Positions 1-13,700 of a stretch of 64,000 nt of DNA are shown here, piece by piece (within the stretch, counting starts at the first letter, position 1; every line of letters begins with the position of its first letter). A model generated the notes under the pieces. It worked only from the letters and a program-made list of their open reading frames with translations, did not search any database and was not told the origin of the DNA. The position numbers and the translations under genes were made by a program. The DNA is from Phoronis australis (lineage: Eukaryota > Animalia > Phoronida). Location: contig NMRA01000458.1 in the NCBI GenBank assembly GCA_002633005.1, forward strand, positions 208,260 to 272,259. The letters run 5' to 3'.

Positions 1-1145
1 GGAACATGCCATATTTCATAAAAATCTGTCAAGGAACTTCAGAGAAACAAAGGAAAACAGAATAAAATGAAATTGCCACTAGTGAGCACAGTGTCCGTTG
101 GATCCGCCTGAAAGTCATAGTCGTCTGTTGTTATCTTCATATAAATACACTTACTAAATTTAGTAAAGATCCTGCAGTGGGTTTAGGAGATACAACTATG
201 GGCGCAAAACAAAACTACCACTAGGAGGCGCCACAGTAGTCAGTCACCATCATCAAAGGTCGTCTTCACACTGAGAACATATATGCCAATTTTCAAATGA
301 TTTGGTTGATACAGGGGTGGACATCAAAACCAAGATTTGAAAACAGCAAAAATGGCCACTAGGTGGTGCAAAATACCTCGATTCCATTCAAAAACAGGAA
401 GATAGCGTCATCACACCAATAGATGCCTATATTTAAAATTTTATGAAAATCTGTTGAGGACCTTTGAAGATACAGAGTTAAACAAAAAAAAAAACTAAAA
501 TTGCCACTAGGAGGTACACCAGTAGTTGGATCTGTCCGAAAGTCATCGTCGTCCGTTGTTAACATCATTTAAATATACTTTCTAAATTTTGTAAAGATCC
601 TGCTAACAGTTTAGGAGATATAGCCATAGGCGCAAAAAAAACTGCCACTAGGAGGTGCCACAGTAGTCAAAATCGTGGGAAAATCATCGTTAACTGTCTT
701 CTTAACAGTAAGCACATACATGCCAATTTTCACAAGCATCCTTTGAGCTTTGGTTGATAGAGGGGTGGACGCAAAAAAACAGACTCAAAAACAGTAAAAA
801 TGGCCATTAGGTGGTGCAGACTACGTCGAATCCATCCGAAAAAGCAAGGATAGCATCATCTCACTAATAGGTGCCTACATACCAAATTTCAAGAAAATCC
901 GTTCAGGACTTTTGAAGATACGAAGGTAAGCGTAAAAAACTAAAATTGCCACTAGGGGGCACACCGGTAGTCGGATCCATCCGAAAGCTCGCTCATGCCG
1001 TCCCATTCATGAATGGAACATATGTGCCAAATTTCATGAACGTATGTCAAAGGCTTTTGGAGATAGAGAAGTGGACGCCGGACGCCGCCTGGACGGAGAT
1101 GACAGCATAATGCGCCCACATATAAATATGTCGGCGCATAAAAAA
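1..1145 (+). mobile_element. HINE-like (Helentron-associated) non-autonomous element, 5'-truncated by window; same family as 10818-12125
   Basis: ~145-bp internal subrepeats with CCACTAGG core in a ~445-bp higher-order unit; GGACGCC microsatellite-like tract; terminal hairpin atgcgcccacatataaatatgtcggcgcat followed by an A run. Confidence 0.75.
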
Positions 1146-1460
1146 TGAATTGCAAATGCATAAACGTGTTATACCCAAAGTCAGAACCCAAAGACTCACC
1201 ACTTATCTAGGCAAGTTAGACTAACAATCTACAAAATTTTATACAAAGTTCTTCAAGAGGAACAATGTCTCAGCTCAACGGTTATTTTTTCTTGATTTGC
1301 AACTAACTGAATGTCTAGTTCCCATTCTGTTTAAACTTTGTTCTCCTGCAAAGGTCAACATTATGACACCACACAATATTGTACATTGGTACATTGTGAT
1401 ACATCTAAATAAAGCTCAGGTTCAGCTGATGGAATCCATAACTGTATCCAACAAACACAC

Positions 1461-1713
1461 CGACTCAAACTGTGGAAAGGTGGCTCTGAGTTCTGCTTCC
1501 TCCCTCTCCTGCTCAGACCTCGCATCACCGTGACTCGTGTAGTGATACAAGCTAGTCTCTGCCATCTCTTTCTGACGTCTCGCCTCTTCCCGATCTTGCC
1601 ACGAGGCTACATACTTGTGTAGCACCAGAGAGAACACAAAGAGGGAGTGTTCATCAAGTCTCTTACTTGTGACAATGTGATTCCTGACATTCATTAGTGC
1701 AATGTCCAGTAAC
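1461..1713 (-). CDS. MDN1: MDN1 linker exon (LLDIAL...WQDREEARRQKE...SLYHY...FPQFES)
   Basis: Conserved W...E..SLY.Y...E..FP.F linker motif; phase 2 to 0. Confidence 0.92.
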
Positions 1714-2430
1714 CTATGAAAAAGGCCAGAAAAAATACACAGACATAGCACCCTCGTATCAATTTTACAAGACATACTAGAGATTAAGATTGCACGAATG
1801 TAAAATACTGCTGAGTTCCAAAACTAAGGAAAAGCAAAACCTAGTCATGTGACTAATATTGTTTCAATGAACATATTGCATTTATTTAGTCAAAATCAAG
1901 TAGGTAAATGTCACTGTCAGATAATAGTGATAATTCTTTCACATTCAATTGTCTACAACGCTATACATCACGTCTCATCACGTTACCACAATGTTTATCA
2001 TCTTTTATACATTCTTATATTCACAAATTAAAGTATTGAATTTGCCAAAAATAAGAAAATTGAAGACAACTGATGTTATGCAAGGTTTATTAACACAGAC
2101 TGTGTCTTTCAACATACCAGTTACAAGATTCAGTTGTCAATAAATAAATTCTCAAAACTCACTAATTAATGTACTGTCAGACAAAATAGTACAGGTATCC
2201 TGATGAAAAACAATCATCTTCCAGCGTTACCCATGACCAAACTATGATTTTGAATCGCTACTTTACGACGAACAGGTTCCATCAGGAATGGGAAGAAATT
2301 TCAAGAAAAATATTGGAAACAACTTGTTAGAAGAATGTGTTTAATTCTCAAAGGAGGAAGTAATTATGCAATTTCTGCAGGAGACAGGTGAAATCACTAA
2401 AATAGGACTTAGTATCCTTAGAAAGTTTAC

Positions 2431-2609
2431 CTGGACTGGATCTGTGACTCACTACGAGCTTTACATTCAACTTGCGTCCGAAGCCTAGCCAGGAATGTGG
2501 GCAACTGACTGTTGACTAACTGATGACACAGCGACAGTAAATTGGGACAACTCTCACAGAGGTTGGGAAATCGAATCAGAGTTTCAAGAATGACTTGAGG
2601 GTAGAATGG
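2431..2609 (-). CDS. MDN1: MDN1 linker exon (PFYPQVILETLIRFP...QIQSR)
   Basis: ttttcag / GTAAAC, phase 0 to 2. Confidence 0.85.
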
Positions 2610-3318
2610 CTGAAAATGAACAACTAAACATTGGTGGGAATTAAGCAGATTTTGAACTGGTCTGGTCACTTATAGCGTGAATGGCCAACATATCCCACTC
2701 TGAGGTCAACATTTGTGGCAAAAACTTCAAGTATATTTATTACTTTTATCAATTATTATCATGATAATTATAACTACCATCAATTGTTGCATAGCACCTC
2801 TGGAAATAGAATGTTTAATAACTGACTTGAAAAAATGAAAGTGTGTGCCAAACCCAGTCAAAAACAAAGCATTTGGAACACAGCTAGCCACATATGGAAG
2901 TGCACTACACATGGTACAATTGTTAAAGCACAAATAACAACAGAAACTATTAGTAACTTGTGACTTAATAACATTTACAACTAGTATATAATATCTCAAC
3001 TAGTTACTAACTCAGATAAGTGTTTTTGGGCTTGGAAAAAATGACATTGCTTGAGACCATGCCCGGGGCATAAAATGATAAGCCAACTTGAACGCCTGGT
3101 GTCAAGCAATAACAAATTGTCAGTTCTGACCAAGCACTGAAACCATCTCAAACTTGACTAAGGGATAATTTTAGACAAATTTCAGTAAAATGTCTAAATC
3201 AAGAGTTAGTTTTTGTGCAATAAGTTGAGTTTATTGTTGCTCTATAATTAACTCCACTGTACTAAGATGTGGTAGGAGTCATATGACGCAACTCAAACAC
3301 AAGTAAACCCAGACATAC

Positions 3319-3405
3319 CTCACTCAGACTTGAGCCTGGGTTCATCGTCTGCCTCAGGGCTGCCTTCTCAGTCACGTGACACAAGGTTGACAGGCCATGC
3401 ATCAG
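3319..3405 (-). CDS. MDN1: MDN1 linker exon (LMHGLSTL...SSLSE)
   Basis: 87 nt, tacgcag / GTATGT. Confidence 0.82.
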
Positions 3406-4277
3406 CTGCGTAAGAATTGATTAATTCTAGTTGAGGTTAAAGTTTTGTTGCCCTTAAGTTTTAACCTTGACAAATGTTAACACTTACATTCTACTTCGCA
3501 AGCTACACCCACAAAATTTTCATTCTAATCACTAAAGAAATGCTTTGATGTACTGTCATCATTTGCTAGCTCTAGTTACACAGCTAAGGCTTTACGTTTT
3601 CTGCAGCCAGTAATTGGTCAGATCATGAATAACGACATCTGACTTCCAGGCAGCAGGAATAAAAAGTGATATTCTATAGCTAACCAATGAATGTCACCTT
3701 ATAACAGAAATGACCACATTGCATTTTAGCCAGCAGAGGACAATATCAGAGGTCGGGTAACAATTGTCAACGTACAGCATCCATATCCTAAATGAGTCTA
3801 AAATCAGTTTATGTTAAGTTTAAAATTACAACATTTACCTTCTGTAGCTTACTTCAATAGGTTGTCGGTCATATTTAGAACTATGTGCCTAGATTCAATT
3901 TTTTTCAAAAAATGCTTTATTCACAACATACTTCACATAGGTGATTATAACTATGTTTCACTTACAGGTGTGGGCGCCAATCTCTGCTTAATGTGTGAGT
4001 GTTTCACACATCTGTGCATGTCATACACCTCATTTCAGATATAGGCATAGCTTCACAAAAAGGTGCACAGACCTAAATATGTGCAGACAGATGTCCCTTT
4101 TACAAGTTGAAATTCAATGGTTGAAAACAAAAACAACTGAGAAAATTGTTCCAACTAATCGATGAAGTATTAACAAAGACTGGTACTAAATCTATTTTCC
4201 TATTACTCTATAACACATTAACTGTGTCATATTGTTAAAGATTATTTGCATATGGAAAAAACTATAATTCCATTCAC

Positions 4278-4529
4278 CTGAGATAGCCCAGCTAGGAAGG
4301 GCACCAACACATCTCTGTACAGTGGGAAGTCTTCACTCATCTGATTGAGAAACTGCTCGTGATTTCTCAGCATTATGGTTACCTGACTGGTGAACCCGTC
4401 CACCTTATTAACATCTCCCCTGCTGATGCACGACCAAATATGGTCAAAATTCGAGATGACTGACATGATCTGTTCATAGCCTCCCATTGTTGCCATAAAT
4501 TGATGTGTAGCCTGCAGTATCTCACTGAA
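4278..4529 (-). CDS. MDN1: MDN1 linker exon (FSEILQA...FPLYRDVLVPFLAGLSQ)
   Basis: Conserved YxDxxxP motif; 252 nt, phase 0 to 0. Confidence 0.9.
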
Positions 4530-4583
4530 CTGAAATATATAATCAACATGAACTTATAACTGTTTTTATGCACTGACAACCTT

Positions 4584-5100
4584 CAGGGCTTGGAATGACC
4601 AATGACAAAAAACACGGAAACTTTGAAACTTTTACGGCCCAAATCATGCCCGATAACCAGCCTTGAAATGGTCAATGTGAACCTTTCCCCGACAAAAATC
4701 GGGAGGACTAAAAAAAAAAACAAAAAAAAACATTACCACCATCAGTAGCATGCGTCTGCGTCCTTTTAGCTCGCCCGTCCACTCCCAACCCACACATTTT
4801 TGGCTGCAGAGCGGTAGTATTTGTCGCCGCGCTTAACAATAACACGAGACGCCATTGAAAATTCCACCACGCTGTCCCAGATGCCCCGGCAATGTTGACA
4901 ATTTACGTTCCTCCGAAACATAAAGAGCAACTTCCGCTTTTCGAGGTGAACGTCGTCTGCATTGCCGCGGTAAGAAAGGAATTTGCCACGGAAATTTTAT
5001 ATCAAATCCGATTTTTTTACGCGGAAATATTATAAAAAAAGCGGAAAGCACATTTGAAAAAAGCGGAAATCCGCGTTTCCGCGGAAAATTCCAAGCCCTG
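4584..5100. mobile_element. hAT-like MITE
   Basis: Perfect 13-bp TIR CAGGGCTTGGAAT...ATTCCAAGCCCTG; subterminal GCGGAAA repeats; flanks aacctt / atcctt. Confidence 0.8.
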
Positions 5101-5656
5101 ATCCTTAAAGAGCCCATTGAGATCAGTTTTGTTAGGCTACTAAATATTCTAAATAACTTTGTAAAGGTGTGGTACAAACTCTAATCAGTCGTAATGTAGG
5201 CTAATGCTGAATATTCAGCAGATCCGGTTTTTTGTTCTTGGTTTGATGAACAATAACACAATGAATAATGCTTTGCAGTAACTTTAATGAGAATATTACA
5301 AAGTTCAATGTAGCTGCATTCAAGATGTATCCTATAGAGATGCCATTAAGAAACATCATTATCAAACAACAAATGAGCTCACAGGGACTTTAAACTCACC
5401 AACACTTTAAATGTAATTATATAATTTGAAAACAAAAATGGAATCAAATGCAATTCATAGAACAGTCAAATCACAAAATGCATTATTAAGGCACCCAGTG
5501 TTCTTACACAGGACTTTCATCTAACACTTTTGAAGCAAAATACTTTTACCCTATGTAAGATTATATTTTTCAGACAATTAATTTGACAAAGTAGTGTCTA
5601 TTAAAAAGCCAAGCATTTTGACATATGAAGTCTGGCATCTTATTTCCAATTCTAAC

Positions 5657-5845
5657 CTGTGATGGGACTGGTCTAACAGCTGTTCTTGCCTCTAGCTCCG
5701 TAACACAGTCCTGCAGATGTATCTTATTGACCAACTGATGCTTAATACGTGGATGGACATCACGACCTGTGAAGTCGAGTGGCTTGCCAGTCAACAGATG
5801 GCACTGCCAGTCTCGTACGCTCATCTCAGTCTCAATGTCAGCAAT
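5657..5845 (-). CDS. MDN1: MDN1 linker exon (IADIETEM...AVRPVPSQ)
   Basis: 189 nt, phase 0 to 0; HP and VRP motifs. Confidence 0.88.
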
Positions 5846-6738
5846 CTGTCACATAGAAGTAGAAGCAAAAATTAAACTGCCTTCTACAAAGACAACACAA
5901 CAAATGGATTTTCGTTCAGTTCAGACAGGTTAGTATTACTTGAGTTTCAACCCAGGCTTCTAACACATGGCATACAGGCACCAGAAACCATGCAAAGAGG
6001 AGTATGCAGCTGCAGCACTCAGCTACGTTATAGATAATCATCTTCACATTATACTCACGCTAATTTGGAATTGTACCAAAAGGTGAGTGAAGTCATCTGC
6101 CAAGATTTAGAGAACTCCGAGGGCTAGAGTTAAACGGAAAGTGACTTATACATTTAGTATTGATGATGTGCTAAATATTAGTCACAATAATGTTTTCAAA
6201 ACATACAGGCTGGAAGACAATGTTGTCACATTATCACAGCCGTTCTACACTTACTAAGTAGATACAAAAATGTTTGACAGTCAAGTGATTTTACAGTCCA
6301 TTTTTTGTAAAAATCGCTTAACTTCTTTTCAGCATTTATTGATTTTCAATTCGTACATCAAATCGTAGTCTAATTAATCCTTACTAGTCAATTAATCTAG
6401 ATCTACACTCATCCACTAATAAATACTAAACAAAGTAAGTTGCGCATACCATTAAAAGGTTGCGCAGCAAAGAGTTGTAATTACGGACATTTTTGCAAGG
6501 CAACAAATTACCGGATTAGTTAGCAATCAAGATCATATTCTCTCTACTATACAGAAGTGACATAAAATTATTTTTCAAAGTGTAAAACAAAATCTGCAAC
6601 TACAGTATAAAATTTTTTTTCATGCAACAGCCCCTAGAACCCCCGGATGACTATGGGTCACCAGTCAGTATTAGTTATGAAAGATTCATTACAGATCTAG
6701 GGAAAAAATATTTCAATGCATTTCTTCAAGCACCTTAC

Positions 6739-7102
6739 CTCCTCCTTCATAAAATTCAGTTTTACAGCATGTTTGTAGGCTGGATCCACAGGACCTTGAG
6801 GAGCTAGTAGGGCCATCTGTAGGAGACCCACAAGTGCCCATGCCCGTCCAATCACAGCCAAGCACTTCAATTCACTCTGATCAAATTTAGGCAAATCAGT
6901 GACAACCGATCTGTAGCAAGACTCCAGCAAAGCAACATTTTGTTCTGGAAACAGTTTATGCTGCTTGATATGGGAGATAACTCCAACTGCCACATCTCCT
7001 GTTAGTGTTTCTAAAACAGGTAGTGCTTCAGTTTGCAGGGCGCCAGCGATACTGTGAACCAGCTTGAAGAAGCTGGACTTTAACGACTGCCTATTAATTT
7101 CC
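6739..7102 (-). CDS. MDN1: MDN1 linker exon (...GRAWALVGLLQMALLAPQGPVDPAYK...KEE)
   Basis: Conserved GxxWxxxGL...PxxxxDPA motif; phase 2 to 0. Confidence 0.92.
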
Positions 7103-7383
7103 CTGTAAATAGGAAATTGTTTTTAAACAAAATAAATCAACATGGGGTAAACAAACACATGAACCATAAAAGCTTTGTTGCCTACCTAAACCATGAGATT
7201 TGCAGCACCCCTAGTTGAAAAAATACTTATTTTCTAAAATCTAAAAATAATGTCGAGGATGCCTTCACCTTTTGATAGGACTATTTACGGCCAGAGTTTT
7301 CAGTTCACCCAGTTCATCAGAAAGGGTAACCATGTTATCTAACCAATAATCTACGAAAACACAAAAATGCTATTAAAATCTAC

Positions 7384-7583
7384 CTGATATCTAAATCATT
7401 GCTGTGTAAAGGAGCAACACATGCCCACAACTTCCCACTAATGGCCTGCAGCTGCTTTTTCTTGGTTTCAAAACTGTCCAATATCATGTTGATGTGGGTC
7501 CTGTTCCCATGGACACCATCAACAGGAGACAAATGATGAAACAGGAGAAATGACAGGACTGGAGAGTAAAGAGACAAGGTCTT
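7384..7583 (-). CDS. MDN1: MDN1 linker exon (KTLSLYSP...KLW...DIR)
   Basis: 200 nt, phase 0 to 2, canonical sites. Confidence 0.83.
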
Positions 7584-8320
7584 CTAAAAATGAAACAAAA
7601 AACAATAATTTACAAAAATGAGACATTCAATCAAATGGCAGCTTAGATTTATTTCACTCATTCTGTTTGTGGAACAAAAACAAAATACCCATTAACTATA
7701 AACTTCAACGCAACTAATTGCACCAAGGACAAGATATAAGACACCCTCATCCAGTCAGTGTCAATGTATAGGGGCAGTGACATTTGAATGGGAGTGCATG
7801 ATCTTTATTTACTTCAGACTGTAACAAAAGTCAATGCTTACAATCATCAAGATTACTGAAGAAAGCAGACTAAACAAAAATGGATGTCAATGTGATACGG
7901 ACTAATGTCCATTGCTAATGAATAATTGGTCATTTCAGTAGTAATCTCCAATAAAATTTCAAATCTTTTTACCTTCAGCATTACCAAAAAGATTTGCATA
8001 AAAAATACTACACGCTAGCAGTACAGAAATTTGTAACCTATTTGACACACTATAAACCAGGGAATTGTCTAATTTTTCAATAAAAGCCTATTAGTATAAT
8101 TTGTACAGAGAAGATGTGAAAAAAACAGTTTGCGAAACTTTCCATGATTATTATCAGCAAGGTAATAAGACTTTGAAAAATCAAAAATTACCTTAGTGGC
8201 AAATAAATGAACAGCTACAATGAAGAGATGAGATCTCTAAGAACTATGTGACATGCGCACAAAACAGGCCATAAAAGTCCAGTACAAATCAACTTACCAA
8301 TAACATTAAACATTACTTAC

Positions 8321-8721
8321 CCTTTGGACAGACCCAGCATAAGCCAAATCACTATGAATTTTGACATCCGTCCACTGTGCACGAGAGGTCATTGCAGGTG
8401 ACTTCTGCAGCGAATCAAAACAAGCCATCATGACATCAGAACAGAAAGGCTGCAGTCGCTCGTGATAACTGCTATCCGTCACCAAGGTGAACAAACAACG
8501 TTTCCATGGAGACATGAGACAAGAGGATTCATAGTACTGCTGCAAAAACTGGTTATCCACTGGCCGTGCTTCGATTACACACTGGAGGGCCGAGAAGCTG
8601 ACAAGCAAGCAGAAGTAGTCATTGACAGGAAGTAAAGCCAGGGAGTCAGACTCTCCTGTAGATGTCTCTGCATGTATCCGTCCAAACTCTTCACATTCTG
8701 TAACCAGTTCACCCAGCAAAT
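8321..8721 (-). CDS. MDN1: MDN1 linker exon (LLGELVTE...LLPVNDY...AGSVQR)
   Basis: 401 nt open frame, ttttag / GTAAGT, phase 1 to 0. Confidence 0.85.
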
Positions 8722-9109
8722 CTAAAATAAAATTCAGTATACTTTCAATAATGAAACAGTAGTTCAATTTTTGTTGAAATTGATTTCAAAATATTCAACT
8801 AGCATGACAATGCTAAAAATTGCAGAAGGTAAAAATTTATTAACACTTTAATTTACAATACAGTTGACAACAAATGGCCAGGTTCAAAAAAGAAATTCAA
8901 TTATTTTAAGATTTCTGTTCAATTGTGATCTTGCATATATCGTAGTAGTATACAAAACAGGCTCATCACTTGGCAAGGTGCAAGATTAACACTTTAGAAA
9001 GTATTTATTTAAAACATAGTATTACCTAACTAAGAACCACATCAGTAGGTCATAGTTCTACCAGCTATGTAATACAAATCTATTTTGTAAAGAAATAAAA
9101 AATACAAAC

Positions 9110-9402
9110 CTTCCTCAACGCTATCACTTTTGAGAAGTTTCATGAAGAGCTGACAAGCTTTGTTACATGCAATTTTAACCTTCGTCATTTTGTCTGCGGT
9201 AAGTCTAAGACAGCTCGTGTTCACTTCCATTGACTTGTTCAAATCAATCAGCTTGCTGAACATCTGAGAAACGGCTTCTGATTTGAAAGGGGGTGGAGGT
9301 CCAAAGTAGTGGCAAACAGACAGGTGCAACTTTGACAGGCGGCTGTCTGACCCAAGCACACTATGTAGTTGATTTACAACACTGCACAGATCAGGTGGCA
9401 TT
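9110..9402 (-). CDS. MDN1: MDN1 linker exon (MPPDLCSV...GPPPPFKS...SVEE)
   Basis: Open frame, phase 2 to 1, canonical sites. Confidence 0.85.
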
Positions 9403-10234
9403 CTGACAAAAAAAAAATCCGACACCTTTAACACCGAGAACACAAAAATGGTTAAAGCTCATATTAAAAACATTGCAATCTATTCAATTGAAATGTACTT
9501 TACGTACACAAATATTCCCAACTAACACATTTACTGGCCTCCAGTGCCCATCATGTGCATACATATACTTGTTATGATATCTGTATGTTCAACATATTGT
9601 TACATTTCACAACTGTATTGTTTTAAATGAATGCAACTAAATGACATTTTCCATAGCTCTGTACTTTTACAAATAATCATGCCTGGAAAGATTCCTAAAA
9701 TCTGTTAAGTTGTCCTAAGGCCAATTCAGTCTTCTTCAAAATTCCATCAAATGGAATTGACTCCATGTTCTGAAGTCACAGACTGACTGATGCAAACAGC
9801 GGCACACAAACAAAAGCAAATCACAAATCACTTTTTTTCTATGTTTTCTGCATAGACTAAAGATCAAGACTCATTGTTTTCATCGAATATAGCACACAGC
9901 GTTTTCACCATAGAATACAGATGAGATTCATCAATTGAAAGATATTCTTAATTATAAGAAAATTTCAAAACTTACAGAATTAATAAACTCATAAAAAGCA
10001 CAAGATCGTGGTTCTATGTCATTCACATATGGAGGCCACTCTGTTGATATGTTACCAGAAATCCACAGATTTATGAATTGATTAGCAAAAAATACAGTGC
10101 CATGTTGAAAGAGGAGCATCATTTAGGAATGTTGATTTGCCTCAGCATTGGTTTTATGATACTTTAGCTAAAATGAGGTGAAAAGAGTATCTTACACCTC
10201 CTCCCAAAGTTTCGTGGCAGAAGTAAATGTAAGC

Positions 10235-10298
10235 TACCAGCTGAGATATCACCACGTTATACAGAATACCAGCTGAGATATCACCACGTTATACAGAA
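10235..10298. repeat. 32-bp tandem duplication
   Basis: taccagctgagatatcaccacgttatacagaa x2. Confidence 0.9.
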
Positions 10299-10322
10299 TG
10301 CAATCTAGGTTCCTTGACTCAC

Positions 10323-10468
10323 ATTTCATTGCTAAAGAGCATGGAAAGTGTTTTCTCATGAAGCCAGTTCCAGTGGAGAGAAAGTTGAGGAATAAGTTCT
10401 TTTTTCTGTTCAACTTTCCGTCGGCAGAATTTCAAAAATCTCTTCTTCCATGCCAACGCTCCTAAAGC
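10323..10468 (-). CDS. MDN1: MDN1 linker exon (ALGALAWKKRF...LSLHWNWLHEK)
   Basis: WxxRF and LHWxW motifs; ttccag / GTGAGT, phase 0 to 2. Confidence 0.87.
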
Positions 10469-10817
10469 CTGGAATTCCGAAACATTGCTTAGCTATTCTC
10501 AAAAATGCTTCAAGAAAATTAAACAAGCAAATAGAAGTCTCAGTTGTTAAATATAAAATGTAAAATCAGACATTATATAAATGCATTTTATGTTCTTGTC
10601 AACACAAATATGTTTTCTGTTGCGAACACACCTCTTCCTTATTGATTTTCAATTACTATTTCCACGTCAAGATACTTGAAACAAACTTGATATAGGGCCT
10701 TTCAATTGTTTTGAAAAAAAAAATATGCCTCAAGCAAAGGAAAACCAATGTGCTGTTACCCAACTTGCTGAAGCTCATACGTCACAAACACACCACACAG
10801 TTTTGGAACACAAAACA

Positions 10818-12125
10818 AACAAGAGCAACGCAGTGCGTTGAAATGCGCCCACGAATGCATCGCAAATGGTGTGCTTTTAGGGTTGTTTATTTGTATCATT
10901 AAAATGGCCACTAGATGTTGCAAAATACGTCGAAGCCGTTTGAAAACCAAAAACATGTCCTCATTTCTTTAAAAGAATGCCATTTACCAAATTTAATTAA
11001 AATTTACCGAGGAATTTCAGAGAAACAGAGGAAAAGAAATTGCCACTAGGGGGCACAATGTTCATTGGATCTGTCTAAAAGTCGACATTTTCTCTTATTA
11101 ACTTCATATAAATTCACGTGCTAAATTTAATAAAGATCCTGCAGAGGGCTTACGAGATACAGTTATGGGTGCAAAAAAACAAAACTGCCACTAGGAGGTG
11201 CCACAGTCATCAAAAATCATTGTGAACCGTCCCCTTCATAGAAAGTACATACATGCCAAATTTCACAATCACCCTTAGACTGGTTTGGTTGACAGAGGGA
11301 CGAACGCCGCAAAACAGACTCAAAAACAACAAAAATGGCCACTAGGTGGCGCAAAAAACCTTGAATCAACCCAAAGATGAATGGCTAGCGTCACCTCACT
11401 AATGGATGTCTATGTGCCAAATTTTGTGGAAATCCGTTGAGTACATTTGAAGATACAGCGAAAAACGTAAAAAAATAAAACTGCCACTAGGTGGCACACC
11501 GGTAGACTGATCTGTCCGAAAATCGTCATGGTCTGTTGTCAACTTTATATGAATACATTTGCTAAATTTAATAACAATCCTGTAGAGCGTTTAGGAGATA
11601 CAGCCATAGGAGCAAAAACAAACAAAACTACCACTAGGTGGCGCCACAGTAGTTGAAGTCATCGGAAAATAATTGTTGACTGTCTTCTTCATAGTAAGAC
11701 CATACATGCCAATTTTCACAATCATCCTTAGAGTGGTTTGGTTGTTAGAGGAGCCGACGCAAAAAACAACTCAAAAATAGTAAAAATGGCCACTAGATGG
11801 TGCAAAATCCATCGAAGCAATCCGAAAACAGGAGGATAGCATCAACTTAATTACAGATGCCTATGTACCAAAATTTCATGAAAATCGGTTGAAGACCTTT
11901 GAAGATACAGAGGCAATCGTAAAAAACTAAAATTGCCACTAGGGGGCACAGCGATATTCGGGTTAGCCCGAAACTAGTCGCCCCTGTCGTAGACCCCATA
12001 GGACGACACCTGCCAAATTTCAATACGATCCTGCAAGGGGATTAGGAGATACAGCCGCGGATGCCGGACGCCCAGACAGAGATGACGGCAATATGCGACC
12101 ACATATAAATATGTGGGCGCATAAT
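10818..12125 (+). mobile_element. Full-length HINE-like element
   Basis: Starts AACAAGAG; subterminal IR atgcgcccac (10843) / gtgggcgcat (~12113); internal CCACTAGG subrepeats; GGACG tract; 3' hairpin. Confidence 0.8.
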
Positions 12126-12154
12126 AATCAACTAAGAGTAAAACCTCCATATTC

Positions 12155-13416
12155 TAGGCTCGCGCTAGCCACTTGCCAGCTCGCAATTGGCGATTTCTGA
12201 GCGGCATTGGTGATGGTAGAGTTAAGTCCATTCGCCAACTTGGCAAATGCTTTCGCGAAATGACAATAAAAAATAATTTCGGGAAACCTACTCGGGTGTC
12301 GACTCACAGTCAGCTTGAATCAAGTCTCGCCGTAAACGACATTCTTACAACGCCAGGAAGAACGAGTTTGTTATCTAGTATTAAATCAAAATACATCACC
12401 TATCATACCTCCTCAGCTCAGAAATGTCACGAGTGTAAAAACAGGGCCCTCGATTATCTGACAGGAAAGGTACCTGTGCCTTCTTAGATGGTAATTTTTT
12501 TAGGGTGACAGGAAAATTCTACCTCCCAATCACCATGAATAGCACCTTGTCACCCTGATGCAAGCCCTCATAGGCTCTGCCTCAAGTAGCCAAAAATAAC
12601 ATTTTGTGCTCTTTCAAATTGTGCGAGTTACAAACGATCCAAACCTCGAGGTTAACTTTTCAATCACTTGAAGTTAATTTTTGGCCTCATGAGGGGAATT
12701 TCGTGTAATTTTCAATACCTTTTGGAGTGGAATGAGTTCGATAATCAGCCCAAAATTAAGGGATTGAGGGCCCTGAAAAAGTTATTGAGAGACTGGGACG
12801 CGTCTGCATTTCGGCAACGGCCAAAAGAAAGCAAGGTAAAGAAAATGGCGATTTGTTACTTATAATAATCAGTTTTATATTCACTACTCTGAATGATGTA
12901 GCTTTATTTTGCATGTCACAATTAGAAATTATGTTAGCGTTTTTTGAACCTAACTGTCTTGCTCATCAAAATGCCCACGTTGGCTGCGTACCCCCATCAT
13001 AACCCAGGGATAGGGGGGAATCCCTGCTAATTTTTTTTAGGTTAACATCAGTGAAGTGCCCATGTGGCCGGCCTGCCCCCACCGTAACCCGGGGATAGGG
13101 GGGACTTCGTGCCCAATTTTTTTAAGGTCAACATCATTTAAATGCCCATGTGGCCAGCATACCCACGCAGTAACTTGGGTATAGGGGGAGCACTGACCAA
13201 ACTTTTAAGGTCATAATAAAACCCATGTTAGCGTCTCTTCTTACAGTTCATATATGAAATACGAAAAACAAAAAGTTCGGCCCGTATAACTGTGTTTTTA
13301 TCAGTTGTGGGAGTTGGGAAAAGAGAATTTAAGTATTTGGCTAATAATTTTTGACAATGGCAAAAAGTTTCAGATGCTTTTAGCCATTTTCGCTAATTAA
13401 GTCTAGCACCAGCCTA
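12155..13416. mobile_element. Decayed hAT-like non-autonomous element
   Basis: Imperfect TIR TAGGCTcgcGCTAG...CTAGCaccAGCCTA; three ~75-bp internal repeats at ~12965-13215. Confidence 0.55.
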
Positions 13417-13569
13417 AATATTGACAGTAGACAGTCAACGGTAAGAATTCTAATCTTGTTCAAAAGTATTTAAAAGTATAACGCAGCTTTAAATAATTCT
13501 CATTTCAAGCTTTAATCAAAAATAAATAAGAGCAGTAGTACAAAAAGGCAAGTCAATATTCTGTTTTAC

Positions 13570-13700
13570 CTTATTCACTGACTCATCATCCATGGTTTCT
13601 GAATTTGTCACCAGGTGGAGAAGTGCTCTGTCCAGCAGAGTGAAGAGAGGCTTGAGATGTGTCAACACCAGATGGGGTAACTGTGCCTGGTCAAGTAAGC
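13570..13700 (-). CDS. MDN1: MDN1 linker exon (LLDQAQLPH...DESVNK)
   Basis: ttgcag / GTAAAA, phase 1 to 0. Confidence 0.85.
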
